Of a DNA stretch of 64,000 nt, positions 1 to 13,375 are shown piece after piece (position 1 is the first letter of the stretch; each line of letters starts with the position of its first letter). The notes beneath the pieces were generated by a model. That model was not told where the DNA came from. It did not search any database and saw only the letters and a list, made by a program, of their open reading frames with translations. Where the stretch lies: contig OX597823.1 of NCBI GenBank assembly GCA_951406725.2, positions 37,572,001-37,636,000 of the forward strand, in the 5' to 3' direction. The DNA is from Octopus vulgaris (Eukaryota). A program made the translations under genes and the position numbers.

Positions 1-180
1 TTTAACACTGGCTGGCCTTTAATGGTCAAAAATAAAACTATAATTATAGAGAAATAGATATTTCAAAACCGTTTTGAAGCGGAAGAAAGGTTTATATTTC
101 AGACAGAGATATTACTAAAGTTGTTTTAAGTTAATGAATGTAAATAAAAAAATAAAGTTTGTGGTGATGTTTTGTCTTAC

Positions 181-475
181 CTGTATGAGAGTGATTGCAA
201 TATGTTTCCTGTTGTTTTTCAGACTGTTCACCTGATAAAACATTTGTTTCATAACTTTCCCTAACTTTTTCAGGGTCGGACTCCCCAGAAGAAGACTTGT
301 TGCTCTCACTGTTGTTATCATGAATATCATTATTATTGTTGTTGATTTTGTTGTGTTGTTGCTGTTGGTGGTGGTGGTGATGGCCATTACAACAGTTTTC
401 GTGTTGAGATGGCGAACTCGAAGACGTGTTCTTTACCATTTTATCGACAAGAGATGGATCCTGATCCTCCGCCAT
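181..475 (-). CDS. Probable first coding exon of an unidentified gene continuing beyond the left edge (low-complexity Ser/His/Gln/Asn N-terminus; alternative in-frame ATG at 559)
   Basis: ORF 559->131; ATG at 475 in context TTTATGGCG, reading MAEDQDPSLVDK...HHHHHQQQQ...NHSHT; consensus donor CAG|GTAAGA at 181/180 followed by T-rich intron-like sequence; locally CpG-rich, unlike the rest of the window. Confidence 0.6.
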
Positions 476-559
476 AAACTTACTTAGGCGCACCCATCCG
501 CAGTTGTTTTTCTGTTTCTTCTGTTTATTCCTATCCGAGACTCGTGGAAGTGAAGCCAT

Positions 560-1020
560 TAATTTTTCAACAGGGTCTCTCTCTGTGTATATTTCTGTGT
601 AGGTGTGTATTATAATGGTCTACAGAATCCGTGCATGTGTGAAGGCGAAGAAGGAAAAAGAAAAAGGAGGGCAAACAGCAGAAGAGCGGGGACGGTAACA
701 AGTTATAGAGAAACTGTGTCGCCTCGCCTTTCTAGTAATGACAAATAGAGAAGGGAGGGTTTCAAAGTTGTAAACTTTCTGCTTATCAATGTCTTCCTAT
801 ACAATAACCAGGATGGGTGATAGTAAAAAGTTGAGTTATTAACGTCGACAACGAGAATTTGTTATGGTGGAATGGATTTAACTCGAAATAGTTGAAAAAA
901 ATGAATAATAAAACCGGAACTAAAGCGAGAGGCACCTTTGGCGGTCGTTTCCTGTCTTTCATGGCACAGCACGTGGCCAACCAAACTTTTTGTCACTTTC
1001 ACCTCCGGATTTCTTCTCCC
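560..1020 (-). promoter_or_regulatory. Putative 5'UTR/promoter region of the left-edge gene
   Basis: Non-repetitive, relatively CpG/GC-rich stretch directly upstream of the ATG; palindromic E-box CACGTG at 970-975. No TSS can be placed from sequence. Confidence 0.35.
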
Positions 1021-1751
1021 CTTTCTTCTAGCTTTAAATCATATTTAAAGCAATCCTTACATTTCTAGCTTACTATTTGCTAAATCAAAGCAAGCATTCA
1101 CATAAACAACTATTTCCTCCAACTAACTTATCTCACCCACTTTCATATTCACACACACACGCCTTCTTTCTTTACTTTCTCACAAAAACAATTGACGCCA
1201 TTTTCAGTTTCGCTTTTATTTTATCAGCAAAAAGTTTTCTCTCTTACAGTTTCTCTAAATTTAACATCAGTTTTTAATTCTTTAATAGGGATTCAATATT
1301 ACATTAAATAACGATTGTACATATTAGAAAATTAATTAAATAAAGATATTGTCACTTTAGAAATAAAAAAAAAATTAAAAGAAAATAGCTGATATTTAAA
1401 TAGTTAACTGAATCAGCAAAAATTGCTTTACTTCTTTAAACAAATTCATCGCACATGTACACACACATATACAATCGGTTTGTGTGTGTGTGTGTGTATA
1501 GGAATGTGTGTGTGAAAGTATATGCATGTACATTATATACATTAACAAATAGGTAAATATATTATAAACATGCATATATTTATACACACACACATATTAT
1601 ACATTTGAGAGACGGAGAGGGGGGGGGCCTGTTGCTCCATTTCTGGTTCAGATTGGTGCTTATATGCCTAATATACGCTACACATACAGCTGTGTATAAT
1701 GTACATATTCATACGTGGATATTGCAAAATATAAGTATTTAAACACAGTTA

Positions 1752-1793
<42 letters not shown>

Positions 1794-2699
1794 ACAAACG
1801 TATGTATATATAGACAACTACACGAACACCCACACTCAGTCACATATAACTTAAACTTTGATAACTTTGATAGGTTTCGGCCAGTATAGGCTCCGGCGAT
1901 ATCTAACTTAATAGGACCACCTACATATATGTAGGAAATACGCACACAAACACATACATACATGTATTTATATACAAGAGTTATGAAAAAAATCCTCAAC
2001 TTTCCGTCTCAATAAACCACCATCTCCCTAAAGTTGTTTTCTTTTTATATATAATTACTACGGATTGCTTGAAGTTAACTTTATTCCTACACCTCGATCT
2101 TACATTTATATATATCTATATATATATATATACATACATACACACGCACAAACAGATTCGCACAAATATATAACATACGTACAGATACACACAGTGACAT
2201 ATACACGTCTGCACACAAATATGTAGGACGAAATAAATTTATAGCAAAAACAAAAGTGAAACTTGATAATCGTTTCTCAATTTACTGAAGTTTATTTCTG
2301 TTTTTTCACCATTTATATAAAACCCATCAAATGTTATAAGTGCTGAGAGATTTAAAATAATGAAAAATTTTTAACTATTTCTAAATTAACGGGACATTCC
2401 TGTAGTAAGTTTAATTAGTAGGTCACCAGCAACAACTTTGGGTCGTCCTCTCTCTCTCTCTTTCTCTTTCTCTCTCTTTCTCTCTTGTCCTGTCTTACAT
2501 TAATATTATATTGTAAAAAGTCACTATTAATTGTTTGGTACGTGTAAATTTTGTAACTTTCTTCTTTAAAAAGTTAATTAATGAAAATTTACGTGGTGAC
2601 AGTGAAGAAGGAAAGAAGACGAGAAAAAGAAAAGTTTTATTCAAGTTTTCATAAAAGTAGTTGGTACCGAACAAGATCAAACAACATGGATGGTGCGAC

Positions 2700-2946
2700 A
2701 TACATACATACATTCATACATACATACACTCATACATACATACATACATACATACATACATACATACATACATACATACACATCATACATACATACATAC
2801 ACACATACATTCATGCATACATACATACATACATACATACATACATACATACATACATACATACACACATACATACATACATACATACATACATACATAC
2901 ATACATACATACATACATACATACATACATACATACATACATACAT
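2700..2946. repeat. (TACA)n microsatellite
   Basis: Direct reading; explains the HTYI/MYVC pseudo-ORFs. Confidence 0.97.
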
Positions 2947-3409
2947 GTTCTATACTGTATATGCATGTATGTATGTTATACATATAGATATGTCTGTTAT
3001 CGATAACACCTAACAGAAGGTGATTCTTTTCCACTCACCAAAGTGAATGGGGCTTTGAGGGGGTGGAACTGATGCCATTCGACTGTTTGCAAACAATCAT
3101 CGGGTGTTTCGACCCTGAACCGTTATACCCTCCCGTTGATGGTGAGAAAAGGTAAACAAATCACTGCTCATCATCTCTTCTGGCTTCCAGCTTAACTCCT
3201 CTCTCTCTCTCGCCTCTCCCATACACCACCTCATATATATATATATACATATACATATATATGTGTGTGTGAATGTGTGTAAAACATGTTTTATATACAT
3301 ACATATATATATATTATATATGTATATATAATATATACTTATTATATTAAACTTTTTAATACCTTTTTGATAGTTATATAAAAAAATTAAATAAATAAAT
3401 AAATATAAA

Positions 3410-3790
3410 GGCGCAGGAGTGGCTGTGTGGTAAGTAGCTTGCTAACCAACCACATGGTTCCGGGTTCAGTCCCACTGCGTGGCATCTTGGGCAAGTGTCT
3501 TCTGCTATAGCCCCGGGCCGACCAATGCCTTGTGAGTGGATTTGGTAGACGGAAACTGAAAGAAGCCTGTCGTATATATGTATATATATATTATGCGTGT
3601 GTGTTTGTCCCCCTAGCATTGCTTGACAACCGATGCTGGTGTGTTTACGTCCCCATCACTTAGCGGTTCGGCAAAAAGAGACCGATAGAATAAGTACTGG
3701 GCTTACAAAGAATAAGTCTCGGGGTCGATTTGCTCGACTAAAGGCGGTGCTCCAGCATGGCCGCAGTCAAATGACTGAAACAAATGAATG
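3410..3790 (+). mobile_element. Full-length tRNA-derived SINE (dominant family in window)
   Basis: Head GGCGCAGGAGTGGCTGTGTGGTAAG with B-box-like GGTTCAGTCCC, internal (TA/TG)n spacer, tail ...CCAGCATGGCCGCAGTCAAATGACTGAAAC; homologous pieces at 4325-4720, 7405-7600, 14650-15000, 26878-27220, 35690, 49615-49760, 58050, 61245. Confidence 0.85.
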
Positions 3791-3997
3791 AATAAATATT
3801 AAAAAATTAAAAGTTTAAAAATTTCTAAATTTAAAATTTTAAAAATATTTAAAAAATATAAAAATTTATAAATAAAAATTAAAAATTTTGAATTTAAATA
3901 ATTTAATCTTAAATGTTATATTTTATATATTTTGTATATTATATTAATTATCTTTTTCTCTGATTTGCTTAATAGTGGTTTTATCTCTAATTTAATT

Positions 3998-4285
<288 letters not shown>

Positions 4286-4324
4286 GTTTATATCCAGTTA
4301 ATATATCCTTTAAATATACGTGTA

Positions 4325-4575
4325 TTCTTTTATTCTTTTAATTTTTTCAGTCATTTGATTGTGGCCATGCTGGAGCACCGCCTTTAGTCGAACAAATCGA
4401 CCCCAGGACTTATTCTTTGCTTTGTAAGCCTAGTACTTGTTCTATCGGTCTCTTATGCTGAACCGCTAAGTTACGGAGAGGTAAATACACCAACATCGGT
4501 TGTCAAGCGATGGCGGGGGAACAAACACAGACACAAACATTATACACATACATACATACATATATATAAATATAA

Positions 4576-4624
<49 letters not shown>

Positions 4625-4720
4625 GGTTTTATTCAGTTTCCGGCTGCCAAATCCACTCAGGTTGGCCTGAGTCTATAATAGAAGACACTTGCCCAAGGTG
4701 CCACACAGTGGGATTAAACC
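4325..4720 (-). mobile_element. SINE copy (same family as 3410-3790), 5'-truncated, opposite orientation
   Basis: Reverse complement of the tail (TTTCAGTCATTTGATTGTGGCCATGCTGGAGCACCGCCTTTAGTCGA) and body (AGAAGACACTTGCCCAAGGTGCCACACAGTGGGA). Confidence 0.85.
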
Positions 4721-4994
4721 TGCGTATACATTCACTGCTTTCTTCCAAGGAATCTAATACTCTTAGCCTATTTTTTCCTTGGGGCTGGCCAGATTGGAGC
4801 AATCTTGAGTATAACCAGCCAAAATTGCAAAGATAATCTGGAACTTGACTGAGGATAGAAAACTCCAAATGATCCATCTTTGTTTTCCTTGTATTGTCTG
4901 TCTGAATATTTTGTTGTCCCTATTTTGTTTCACCTAAACTGTCTGGATGTTTTGTGTTCTTGTCAAATTTTTGTATTTTCTTATATATATATAT

Positions 4995-6219
4995 TATTTT
5001 GAATAAAGAAAACAATTGATCAGATGTTACATTTAATTGAAATTTAATCATCAATGTACTTTCCCTGAGTATCTATGACTTCCTTCCATCTATTTACAAG
5101 CTTTTTAATCATATCAATGTAAAACTCTTTTGGTTTCAAAGCGAAGAACTCTGAAATGTTAGTTTTGACCTCCTCCTGGCTTGCGAAAGTTATGTCTCCC
5201 AAATAATTCTGTAAACTATGAAACAAATGGTAGTCTGAAGGAGCAAGGTTGGGAGAATAAAGTGGATGAGGAATTTTTCCTGACAAATGTGATTTGTGCA
5301 GTGTGGGGTCACGCATTGTCCTGATGCAACATCACTCCTTTTCGATTCACTAAAGCAGGTCTTTTTTTCTTCAAAGCTTGGTTCAAACGCTCTAATTGCT
5401 AACTGTAGACTTGAGCATTGATTGTTGCATTAGGTGGTAACAATTCAAAGTGAATTACTCCTTCACAATACCACCAGATAAAGAGAAGAACCTTTTTCCC
5501 ATGAAGTTCCCTTCTCGGTTGTGGTTGGGCTCTTTCCCTTTTACCAAACCACTGTTTACGATGTTTAACATTTCGATAGAAGATCCATTTTTCGTCACCA
5601 GTCACAGATCTGTCCAAAAAGGGTGAAATGAGTTCGCAAGAATGGAGAGAAGAGCATATGCCAACTCGGGATTTGCGGTTGCTTTCAGACAATTCAGGAG
5701 GCACCCATTTTCCAAGTTTAGGAACATTTCCAAGTTGCTGAAAATGATGATGAACAATTGTATGGCTTGAACTAAGCTTTATTGCCAATTCTTCAACTGA
5801 TAATGCAAGATTTTCTTCAAGTAATGCCTCAAGGAGCTTATCATCAAACTCAACTAGATGTCCTGTTCGATCTTCATCTTCAAGGCTGAAATCTCCACTT
5901 CTGAATTTTGCAAACCATCTTCTTTCATTCAAGCATTCTTTCCCATAAACTGAGAGTATGTTTCGAGTCGCTTCGGCTGCAAAGTTTCCTTTTTTGTACT
6001 TATGTGCCTCAAATGCTCTTTGGAGACTTCCATGTTAAAAAGAATTTTAATCAAAGAAATTTTAATTCTATTATTCTGTAAAATAATATTTAATTAGTTT
6101 AAATGTACACAAATGCATAAAAATAATTTTTAATTCCATTAGACATTCTAAAATACTATTAAATTTCATTCAGTTTTAAAAAAGGTAAAATTGGACAGAA
6201 CTTATGAGATGACTTGATA
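4995..6219 (-). mobile_element. Decayed mariner (DD34D) transposon
   Basis: ORFs 5932->5399 and 5316->5044 carry WVPPEL, TGDEKWIFY and HPLYSPNLAPSDYHLF; ATG near 6033; one TIR-like end at ~6190-6219; frameshifts and stops. Confidence 0.9.
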
Positions 6220-6237
6220 TATATATATATATATATA

Positions 6238-7289
6238 CTAGCAGAGATACCCGGCATTGCCAGTTTCATATGGAATCGAAGAATTAGACTTAACTTTTAT
6301 ATTTTCTCTAATGAACTGGAATACCTATGATTCTAATTTCATCAAATATGGAGATTAAGAAATTTTAATGTGGGTTCTCTCTCTCTTTATACACCCTAAC
6401 AAAAGTTCTAATCATGACATATCTCATACTACTCATCTTTATGCCCAGATTCCAGAATCCAAATCTTATAAAACCTATTCAAAGATTTTTGTTCCTGAAA
6501 AATGGAGCACATGGAGCTCTAAAATGTAACAGTGTTGTACCATTGAATTACTAATAACACTCATCTGGTATGCTCAAGTGACTCACAAGTTCCAAGACTA
6601 CAATTGTATTCGTCTTGGCTTAGGAAAAATGACTAAATTGTGGGGGGATTAGGACCCATTAAGGGTTGTTACTAACTCCTAAGAAATTGAAATTTTAGGA
6701 ATATTACTTCATTTGTGTCTAATATCTATGGTTAAAATTTCTCAACAGCAAAAATATATGAATTTTCACGGGGATTATGGCCTCATTTATACCCCCTCAC
6801 TTTCAAACATTTTACTGCATGCAATAGAATTTCCAAATTTCATAAAGATCTTTTGACCTAGTTTTGGGTCATAAAAAAATGACTAAAATTTGGGTGTTAA
6901 GGCTCCTATTAGGGGTCTTAGAATCTTCATGAGAAGCAGAAACTTTGGGAATACTTCTTGATTTATGTTAATTACCTATGGCTGAAATTTTATCAACATC
7001 GGAAATTTATGAATTTTCATGGGGGGGCTCTGCCCCCTTTAAGCCACCTCAAATTCAAACCAAACATACTGCATTATACCTGCCCTTATGCATTGAATCT
7101 AAGTTCTAAATATCGTAAGGATCCATTCAGTAATTTTGGTCCACAAAATTGTATGAAACATATGGCATTGCTCTTCTCCCTAGGGTTGGATTTTGGGTTC
7201 CAAATTTCATTAGGATTGGTGCTGTAGTTTTCGAAACTATAAGTAACACTTGAACACACATACAGACATTGACTTTTATATAATAGATA
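6238..7289 (-). mobile_element. Non-autonomous Helitron (~1.05 kb)
   Basis: Minus strand begins A|TCTATTATATATAAAAG and ends ...GCAATGCCGGGTATCTCTGCTAG|T (TC...CTAG termini, A|T target, degenerate subterminal hairpin); internal ~300-bp imperfect duplication. Confidence 0.7.
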
Positions 7290-8009
7290 TATATATATTT
7301 TCACATATACATGCATGTGTGTGTGTGTGTATTATATATATATATACTCAGAAAGATAGATTGATTGATACAACTGAGTGGGCAAACAAAAATGAGACAC
7401 TTCCATGAAGAATTTTTTGTCAAATGAATCGATCCCAATGCTTTTTTTTTTTTGATAAGCCTGGTACCTATTCTATCAGTCTCTTCTTGTCAAACCAGTA
7501 AGTTACGAGAATGTAAATAAACCAACACCAGTTGTCAAGCAGTGATGAGGGAGAAACACAGACACAAAGACACACACATACACTTACATATATACATACA
7601 CACACACACAAATATATATATACATGATAGATGTATCAAGTGCTGAAGGAGGATCTCAGGACCCACCCTACAAGATGATCCGCTGTCATGAGCTTACACA
7701 AGTTTATAAGGCCATGAGACTGGGGAGAAGTTTTCAGATTGCTGAAGGCACACTGCCCGACCTGGTGTTCACTGTGGAAAGAAATTTGATATCAAAAAGA
7801 AAGTAAACCACCCGAATGACTAACTTTAGAGTGTATCTGGCTCTGTAAATAGTAGATTCATAAACTGACATTAAAATCCTCAGTCAGTTGTGGTTTGGGC
7901 AGCTGTGACAGCCACTGGAAGGTTTCCCCTTGTTTTTGTGTTATATTTAACTCCAGCAATACATTAGTGACATTCTGGAAGCTGAACGGCAAATGAGCAC
8001 TTTCAAGGC

Positions 8010-8440
8010 ACACTTTGGCACCTTCAACAGGATTAGGCACCATCACATAGTTCCAAACAGATACAACACTGAATTCAGAAAAACACCCTATTCATAGGCA
8101 AGGATCTATGGCCCTTAAGAAGCCACAATCTCAACTTATTGAATTTTTCTGTTTGGTCCATTTTGGAGATGAGGGTCTTGAACAGTCATCATGCTCTGAA
8201 GGCAAAACTGTGCCAGGAATGGGGTTCGATTCTGCAAGAACAGCTGTGTGCCACATGTGGAGCATTTGCACCTAAAATTAAGGCTGTGATTCAAAACAGA
8301 GGTGGTCATATTGAATAAATGTGGTAGTGCCATAATTGTGTTTCCGTTACCATTGCATTGCAATGCTTGGACCTGAAAGATAACAATATTTTGCTTTGGC
8401 AAAATTGAAAATAGTTGGTTGCTTTTGGAACATTCTGTAT
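8010..8440 (+). mobile_element. 3' fragment of a Tc1/mariner (maT/DD37D-like) transposase
   Basis: Manual translation across frameshifts: QQD*APSHSSK...LWPLRSHNLNLLNFSVWSILE...LKAKLCQEW...KAVIQNRGGHIE*; ends at ...CTG|TA. Confidence 0.7.
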
Positions 8441-8460
8441 ATATGTATATATATATATAT

Positions 8461-8772
8461 CACCGTGATCACCAGGTGACTGACCAGGCTATCAGATGTT
8501 GCTATACATCGCTGGTCACAATGCGCTTTGCATTGTTTTAGCCTTCAAATGACGCCACCCCGCTGGCTAAGCAAGCAGGCCAACAGAAGAAAGAATGAGA
8601 GAAAGTTGTGGCGAAAAAATACAGCAGGGATCGCCACCACCCCCTGCCCGAGCCTCATGGAGCTTTTAGGTGTTTTTGCTCAATAAACACTCACAACGCC
8701 CGGTCTGGGAATCGAAACTGCAATCCTACAACCGCGAGTCCGCTACCCTAACCACTGGGTCATTGCGCTTCC

Positions 8773-8773
<1 letters not shown>
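8461..8773 (-). mobile_element. tRNA-derived SINE, second family
   Basis: Minus-strand head GTGGAAGCGCAATGACCCAGTGGTTAGGGTAGCGGACTCGCGG...GTTTCGATTCCCAG with A- and B-box-like motifs; flanked by (TA)n. Confidence 0.75.
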
Positions 8774-8809
<36 letters not shown>

Positions 8810-8814
8810 TACTA

Positions 8815-9122
8815 CTTTGGCTATGATGACAAGGGTTCCAGTTGATCCAATCAGTGGAACAGCCTGCTTATAAAATTAGCATGCAAGTGGCTGAGCACCC
8901 TACAGATGAATGTAACCTTAATGTAATTCTCAGGGAGATTCAAAGTGACACAGAATGTGACAAGGCTGACCCTTTGAAATACAAGTACTACTCATTTTTG
9001 CCAACTGAGTGGATTGGAGTAATGTGAAATAAAGTGTCTTGCTCAAGGACACAATGCCATCATTGGGAATAGAATACATAATCATAAACCAAATACCCTA
9101 ACCACTAAGTCATAGGCCTTCA
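8815..9122 (-). mobile_element. Degenerate SINE (CORE-like body)
   Basis: GTGAAATAAAGTGTCTTGCTCAAGGACACAA and CCCTAACCACTAAG segments shared with 44273-44385 and (reverse) 15383-15510. Confidence 0.6.
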
Positions 9123-9123
9123 T

Positions 9124-10290
9124 ACGAGGGGCGTTCAATAAGTAATGCCCCTGACACACTTCCCATAGCAGTAGAGCAACGAAACTTGGCACAGTTATTA
9201 GTCTTTTTCTACATAGGAACCACCCAGAGTTACGCATTTCTCCCATCGTTTGATGCAGCTCTGGAGGCCGTTTTTGTAGAAGACCCCAGCTTGGTCCTCC
9301 AACCACGACGTGACTTCAGAAATCAAGGCTGCATCATCTGGGAAATGCTTTCCTTTCAAAAACAACTTCATGGCTGGGAAGAGGTGAAAATCAGAGGGTG
9401 CAAGGTCAGGAGAGTAGGAGGGATGGGGGAGGAGTTCATAGCCGCATGCCTGTGCTTCTGATCTGGCGACACGCGAGTTGTGGACTGGAACGTTGTCCTG
9501 CAGGAGGAGGATGCCTTTGCTGATCTTGCCCCGCCTCTTGATTTTGATAGCTTCTCTTAATTTCCTCAAAAGTAAAGCATAATAGGCTCTTGTAATTGTG
9601 GTACTCTTTGCCAGGAAATCTGTCATCACTACTCCGTCCTGGTCCCAGAAGACTGTGAGCATGACCTTGCCAGCGGAGGGCTGCACCCTTGCCTTCTTTG
9701 GAGGAGGTGAGTCACGGTGCTTCCACTGCATTGACTGGGCTTTGGTCTCTGGATCATAGTGATGGACCTAGGTCTCATCCTGTGTAATCAGTCTTTTGAA
9801 AAATTTTGACTCATCTTCTTGGCACATCTCCAAATTCATCCTCGAGCACTCGACATGTTCTTGCTTCTGGAAAGGTGTGAGCAACCTGGGAATCCATCTG
9901 GCAGACACCTTTTGCATATGCAAATGGTCACGAATGATAGTTTCCATAGACCCAGTACTAATTTTGACCTCATGGGCTATTTAGCGAATAGTTATGTGTC
10001 GATCTTCCAAAATGGCAGCCTCAACTTGACGGACAGATGCCTCATCAATGGCAGAAGTGGGGTGACGAGATCTGGAAGCTGTTTCCACAGAGTTCCGACC
10101 ATGTTTGAATTCACGATGTCAGCATTTTACAAGGTCATATGATGGGGCATCATCACCATAAGTTACTTTCATTTCATCAAAGTTTCCCATGATGTGCGTC
10201 CTTTCAAATGCAAAAACCGGATCACTGCTCGACACTCAACAGGCTCCATTTCACACTTGACTCAGTTCAAACACCTGTAAATCAGAAACC
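9124..10290 (-). mobile_element. Decayed mariner (irritans-like) transposon
   Basis: TIR TACGAGGGGCGTTCAATAAG at 9124; ORF 9731->9198 with SAGKVMLTVFWD, QDNVPVH, HPSYSPDLAPSDFHLF; upstream RLITQDET*VHHY has a stop; 5' end lost in a microsatellite. Confidence 0.9.
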
Positions 10291-10292
10291 CG

Positions 10293-10339
10293 TATACATA
10301 CATACATACATACATACATACATACATAAATACATACAT

Positions 10340-10414
<75 letters not shown>

Positions 10415-10470
10415 TACATACATACATACATACATACATACATACATACATACATACAACATACATATAC
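10293..10470. repeat. (TACA)n/(CA)n microsatellite
   Basis: Direct reading. Confidence 0.95.
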
Positions 10471-11709
10471 ATAAGTAGCAAACAGCTACAAAATGTCTAA
10501 GCCAGGATTTGAAACCAAACACATAGTTTCTTACAGGTCCTGAACCTATTGTTCTTGCCTGTTGTACTATGTGAATTATGAGAATAAGCTGGCCTCTAGG
10601 TTTTCTCAAGTCAAACATGGGTCAGGGCTGATTAGAGTGGAAAAAAATTCTTTGTTTTGGCTTGACCTAATTAACTGTTACATGTTGGTGACCCTCAGAT
10701 TCAAGAACTGCATACTTTCTGAATCATTTGCAGTATGTCATTCCAATAATCATTACAACAAGGACCCACAACAAAAAGAATTACAACCATCTTGACAAAT
10801 TATCAAATGTTGCATTTTAGTGATGAATGTGAACTTTCTATAATTAAAGAAGATTGAACTATGCCAAACCAAAGTGTGAACTACATGTATTGGCAAAATA
10901 TCTATGTTACACTTCTGGAGAATTCAAAGTCTTTAAGCAGTTAAATCTAACCTTAGAAAACCTATATGCATCCTTGTTTAATTTGCTGTACACAGCTTTA
11001 CCAAGATACAAATTCTGCAGTTCCACTTCCAACTATCAACAAAGAAAGCAGTGCAGTCAACTGTGATACAGAAAATAACTAGATTGTATCTCTGCAAGCC
11101 TACATCCTGGGACCTACACAAGAACAGTGTATCCAGTAAATGCTCCCCCCACAGAACTACATGGATGGAACTATGGAAGCCCACATGTACAACATTTTCA
11201 ACAGTCACACACTTATTTCTCATGTTTTGAAGTTAAGACTCTGTATTTTCTACACAGACTTTGAGCATATAGGCTTTTATAAACTCTCAAGAACTTTTTC
11301 CTAACATATACTTATTCTTTCTTGCATTTCAGTACCAGGTTACCTAGCAAAGAACACTCCTCCTATCAAATTTGTCATTCTTTTGTTTACATTGATTTCA
11401 TACAATTAATATGTTTTCTGCCCTGCAAACTTTTATTTGTTTACATGTTTGCATATTCATAAACTTGAAACACAATTTTGTTCAAAATTAATGCTATGAA
11501 GGTGAACTCTGCAAAGTTGACTAATTCACGTGCATATGTTTTTATAATGTTCTTTTATCATTGGCCATCTGCATCGTTCATGCACATATATTGTTCATCC
11601 ATGGTTTTTACTACATTTTGTCATGTTTGCAGATTTTTCACAGGTTAATCAATCTTTGCACTATTCTATATTTTTTGATTACAGAAGAAAAGAATCAATG
11701 GTCATATAA

Positions 11710-11801
11710 ACATACATACATGCATATATACATACGTACATACATACATACATACATACATACATACATACATACATACACACACATACACACACATACA
11801 T

Positions 11802-11834
<33 letters not shown>

Positions 11835-11890
11835 TACATACATACATACATACATACATACATACATACATACATACATACATACATACA
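11710..11890. repeat. (TACA)n microsatellite
   Basis: Direct reading. Confidence 0.95.
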
Positions 11891-13134
11891 TGTCTACACC
11901 TAGTTACACACATACACCCCAATATTGTGCTGTCATTAACTTGTTTTTCATGTCTACGCCTACTCAGTTCTTTTCCTGACTCAGTGCATGTCAGATGTTT
12001 GACTGTGATCTCTTCCCCCTTGCTTCCAGACACAACTTATCTCTTTATGACCAGACTGGCCATGGTATATAGAGAAAGTTTGTCTGTCTCAACATGCTAG
12101 CATGTCACACTTTGTCATCTTGCTTACTCATAGAAAATGTACATGACGCCAATGTCAGACCCACTAGGCCTCTGCACTTCTTTCAAGGCACTTACCACAG
12201 TATGCACACTTCTGCAAGAAATTTTTTTCAATTATATCATGGATTGAGAATGCACTCTCTTGTCTCAGTTCCTTTTGCTGAAAGTCTGCACCTGAATGTC
12301 TTTTGCACATGTGCACACAATCAATGACTGAATCACGTACATGCTCACTTGATTCTATCCTAATGCAAAACTCCAGACCGCACTCATTGCACAAAGCAAC
12401 ATTGAACTATTCAAACACATTCAAATAGATACCTGTCCCGTATACATCACCACTGATTCTCCTGATATCTATTATTTTTCTAGCCTAGCATCACATCTGC
12501 CTATAACTTCACTCTTTGCAAACACAATTTTGAATGTTCTTCAATTTTCACATAGTGCACATTCCTTAAAATTTTTTTGTTATCAATCTTTTGTCATTGG
12601 CAAATTCTCTGGGAGGAAGAAGATGTAGCAAATAACTACAAAATGTCAAAGTCAGGATTTGAAACCAAATACACAATTTCCTATTGTTCTTGCCTGTTGC
12701 ACTAAGAGATTTATGAAAATAAGCTGACCTCTTGGTCATTCTTGAGTCAAACATTGGTCAGGACTGATTAAAGAGTAAAAATCTTTTGTTTTGACTTAAC
12801 CTAATTTAGTTATGAAGAACATACAACCAAATGCCAGCTTCATCTCTTTGGTCACTTTATACCTACCCAAGGAGCAACTTTCTCAGTATACTGGTCAGTG
12901 TGTGAAAGTAAATCTATTACCCTCTTTACTTACCCAGGCTTTCTCTAATAGTCATGCACAAATGTATTTACTATCTGCACAATGGGCCATAGGACTAAAG
13001 ACAATTCATTTACTGCAACAAGAAATGAGTTGTGTACACAAACAACTTGAAGTATATATTAGCCAGAAAAATCCATGATGTACTGAGGGCATGATAGGTG
13101 AATCGCGATATATGAACCACAATATGGTGAATGG

Positions 13135-13360
13135 TTATGAACATGTATATGCATACCGCGTGTGTACCGTTGGCGATATTTTTCCTCTGTCTTCCCTTCT
13201 CTGGATCTTTCCTTTTCCTATGTTTCTGACGAAGAGCTCCACTCGAAACTTTAAACCCTCCTTCTTCCCTTCCTTCCTGAGCGTCCAATAATACTATATT
13301 TGTTCCACGTCCACGCGTTGTTGTGTTTTCTCTTTGTGTTTTCATGTTTGGATTAACTTT
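13135..13360 (+). mobile_element. Short PLE-like terminal repeat with minimal hammerhead motif
   Basis: GTTT-CTGACGA-A-GAG(CTCCA)CTC-GAAA-CTTT-AAAC at 13222-13256; the 3' part recurs at ~14162-14236; ends at (TA)n. Confidence 0.6.
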
Positions 13361-13375
13361 AAATATATATATATA

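Noticed and set aside
786-980. Small membrane-protein ORF upstream of the left gene
   Set aside because: Non-ATG start, short, hydrophobicity follows from T-rich composition; no other support
3410-3480. tRNA gene (also 8700-8773, 15383-15450, 26878-26950)
   Set aside because: tRNA-like heads continue into SINE bodies repeated across the window; no complete cloverleaf seen
4845-4880. Hammerhead at CTGAGGA TAGAAAACTCC
   Set aside because: No convincing stems I-III around the core in this copy
12164-12394. C2H2 zinc-finger host exon (CNECG...CAYCGKC)
   Set aside because: His spacing and linkers do not fit C2H2, and no supporting splice context; kept only as a weak TE-remnant hypothesis
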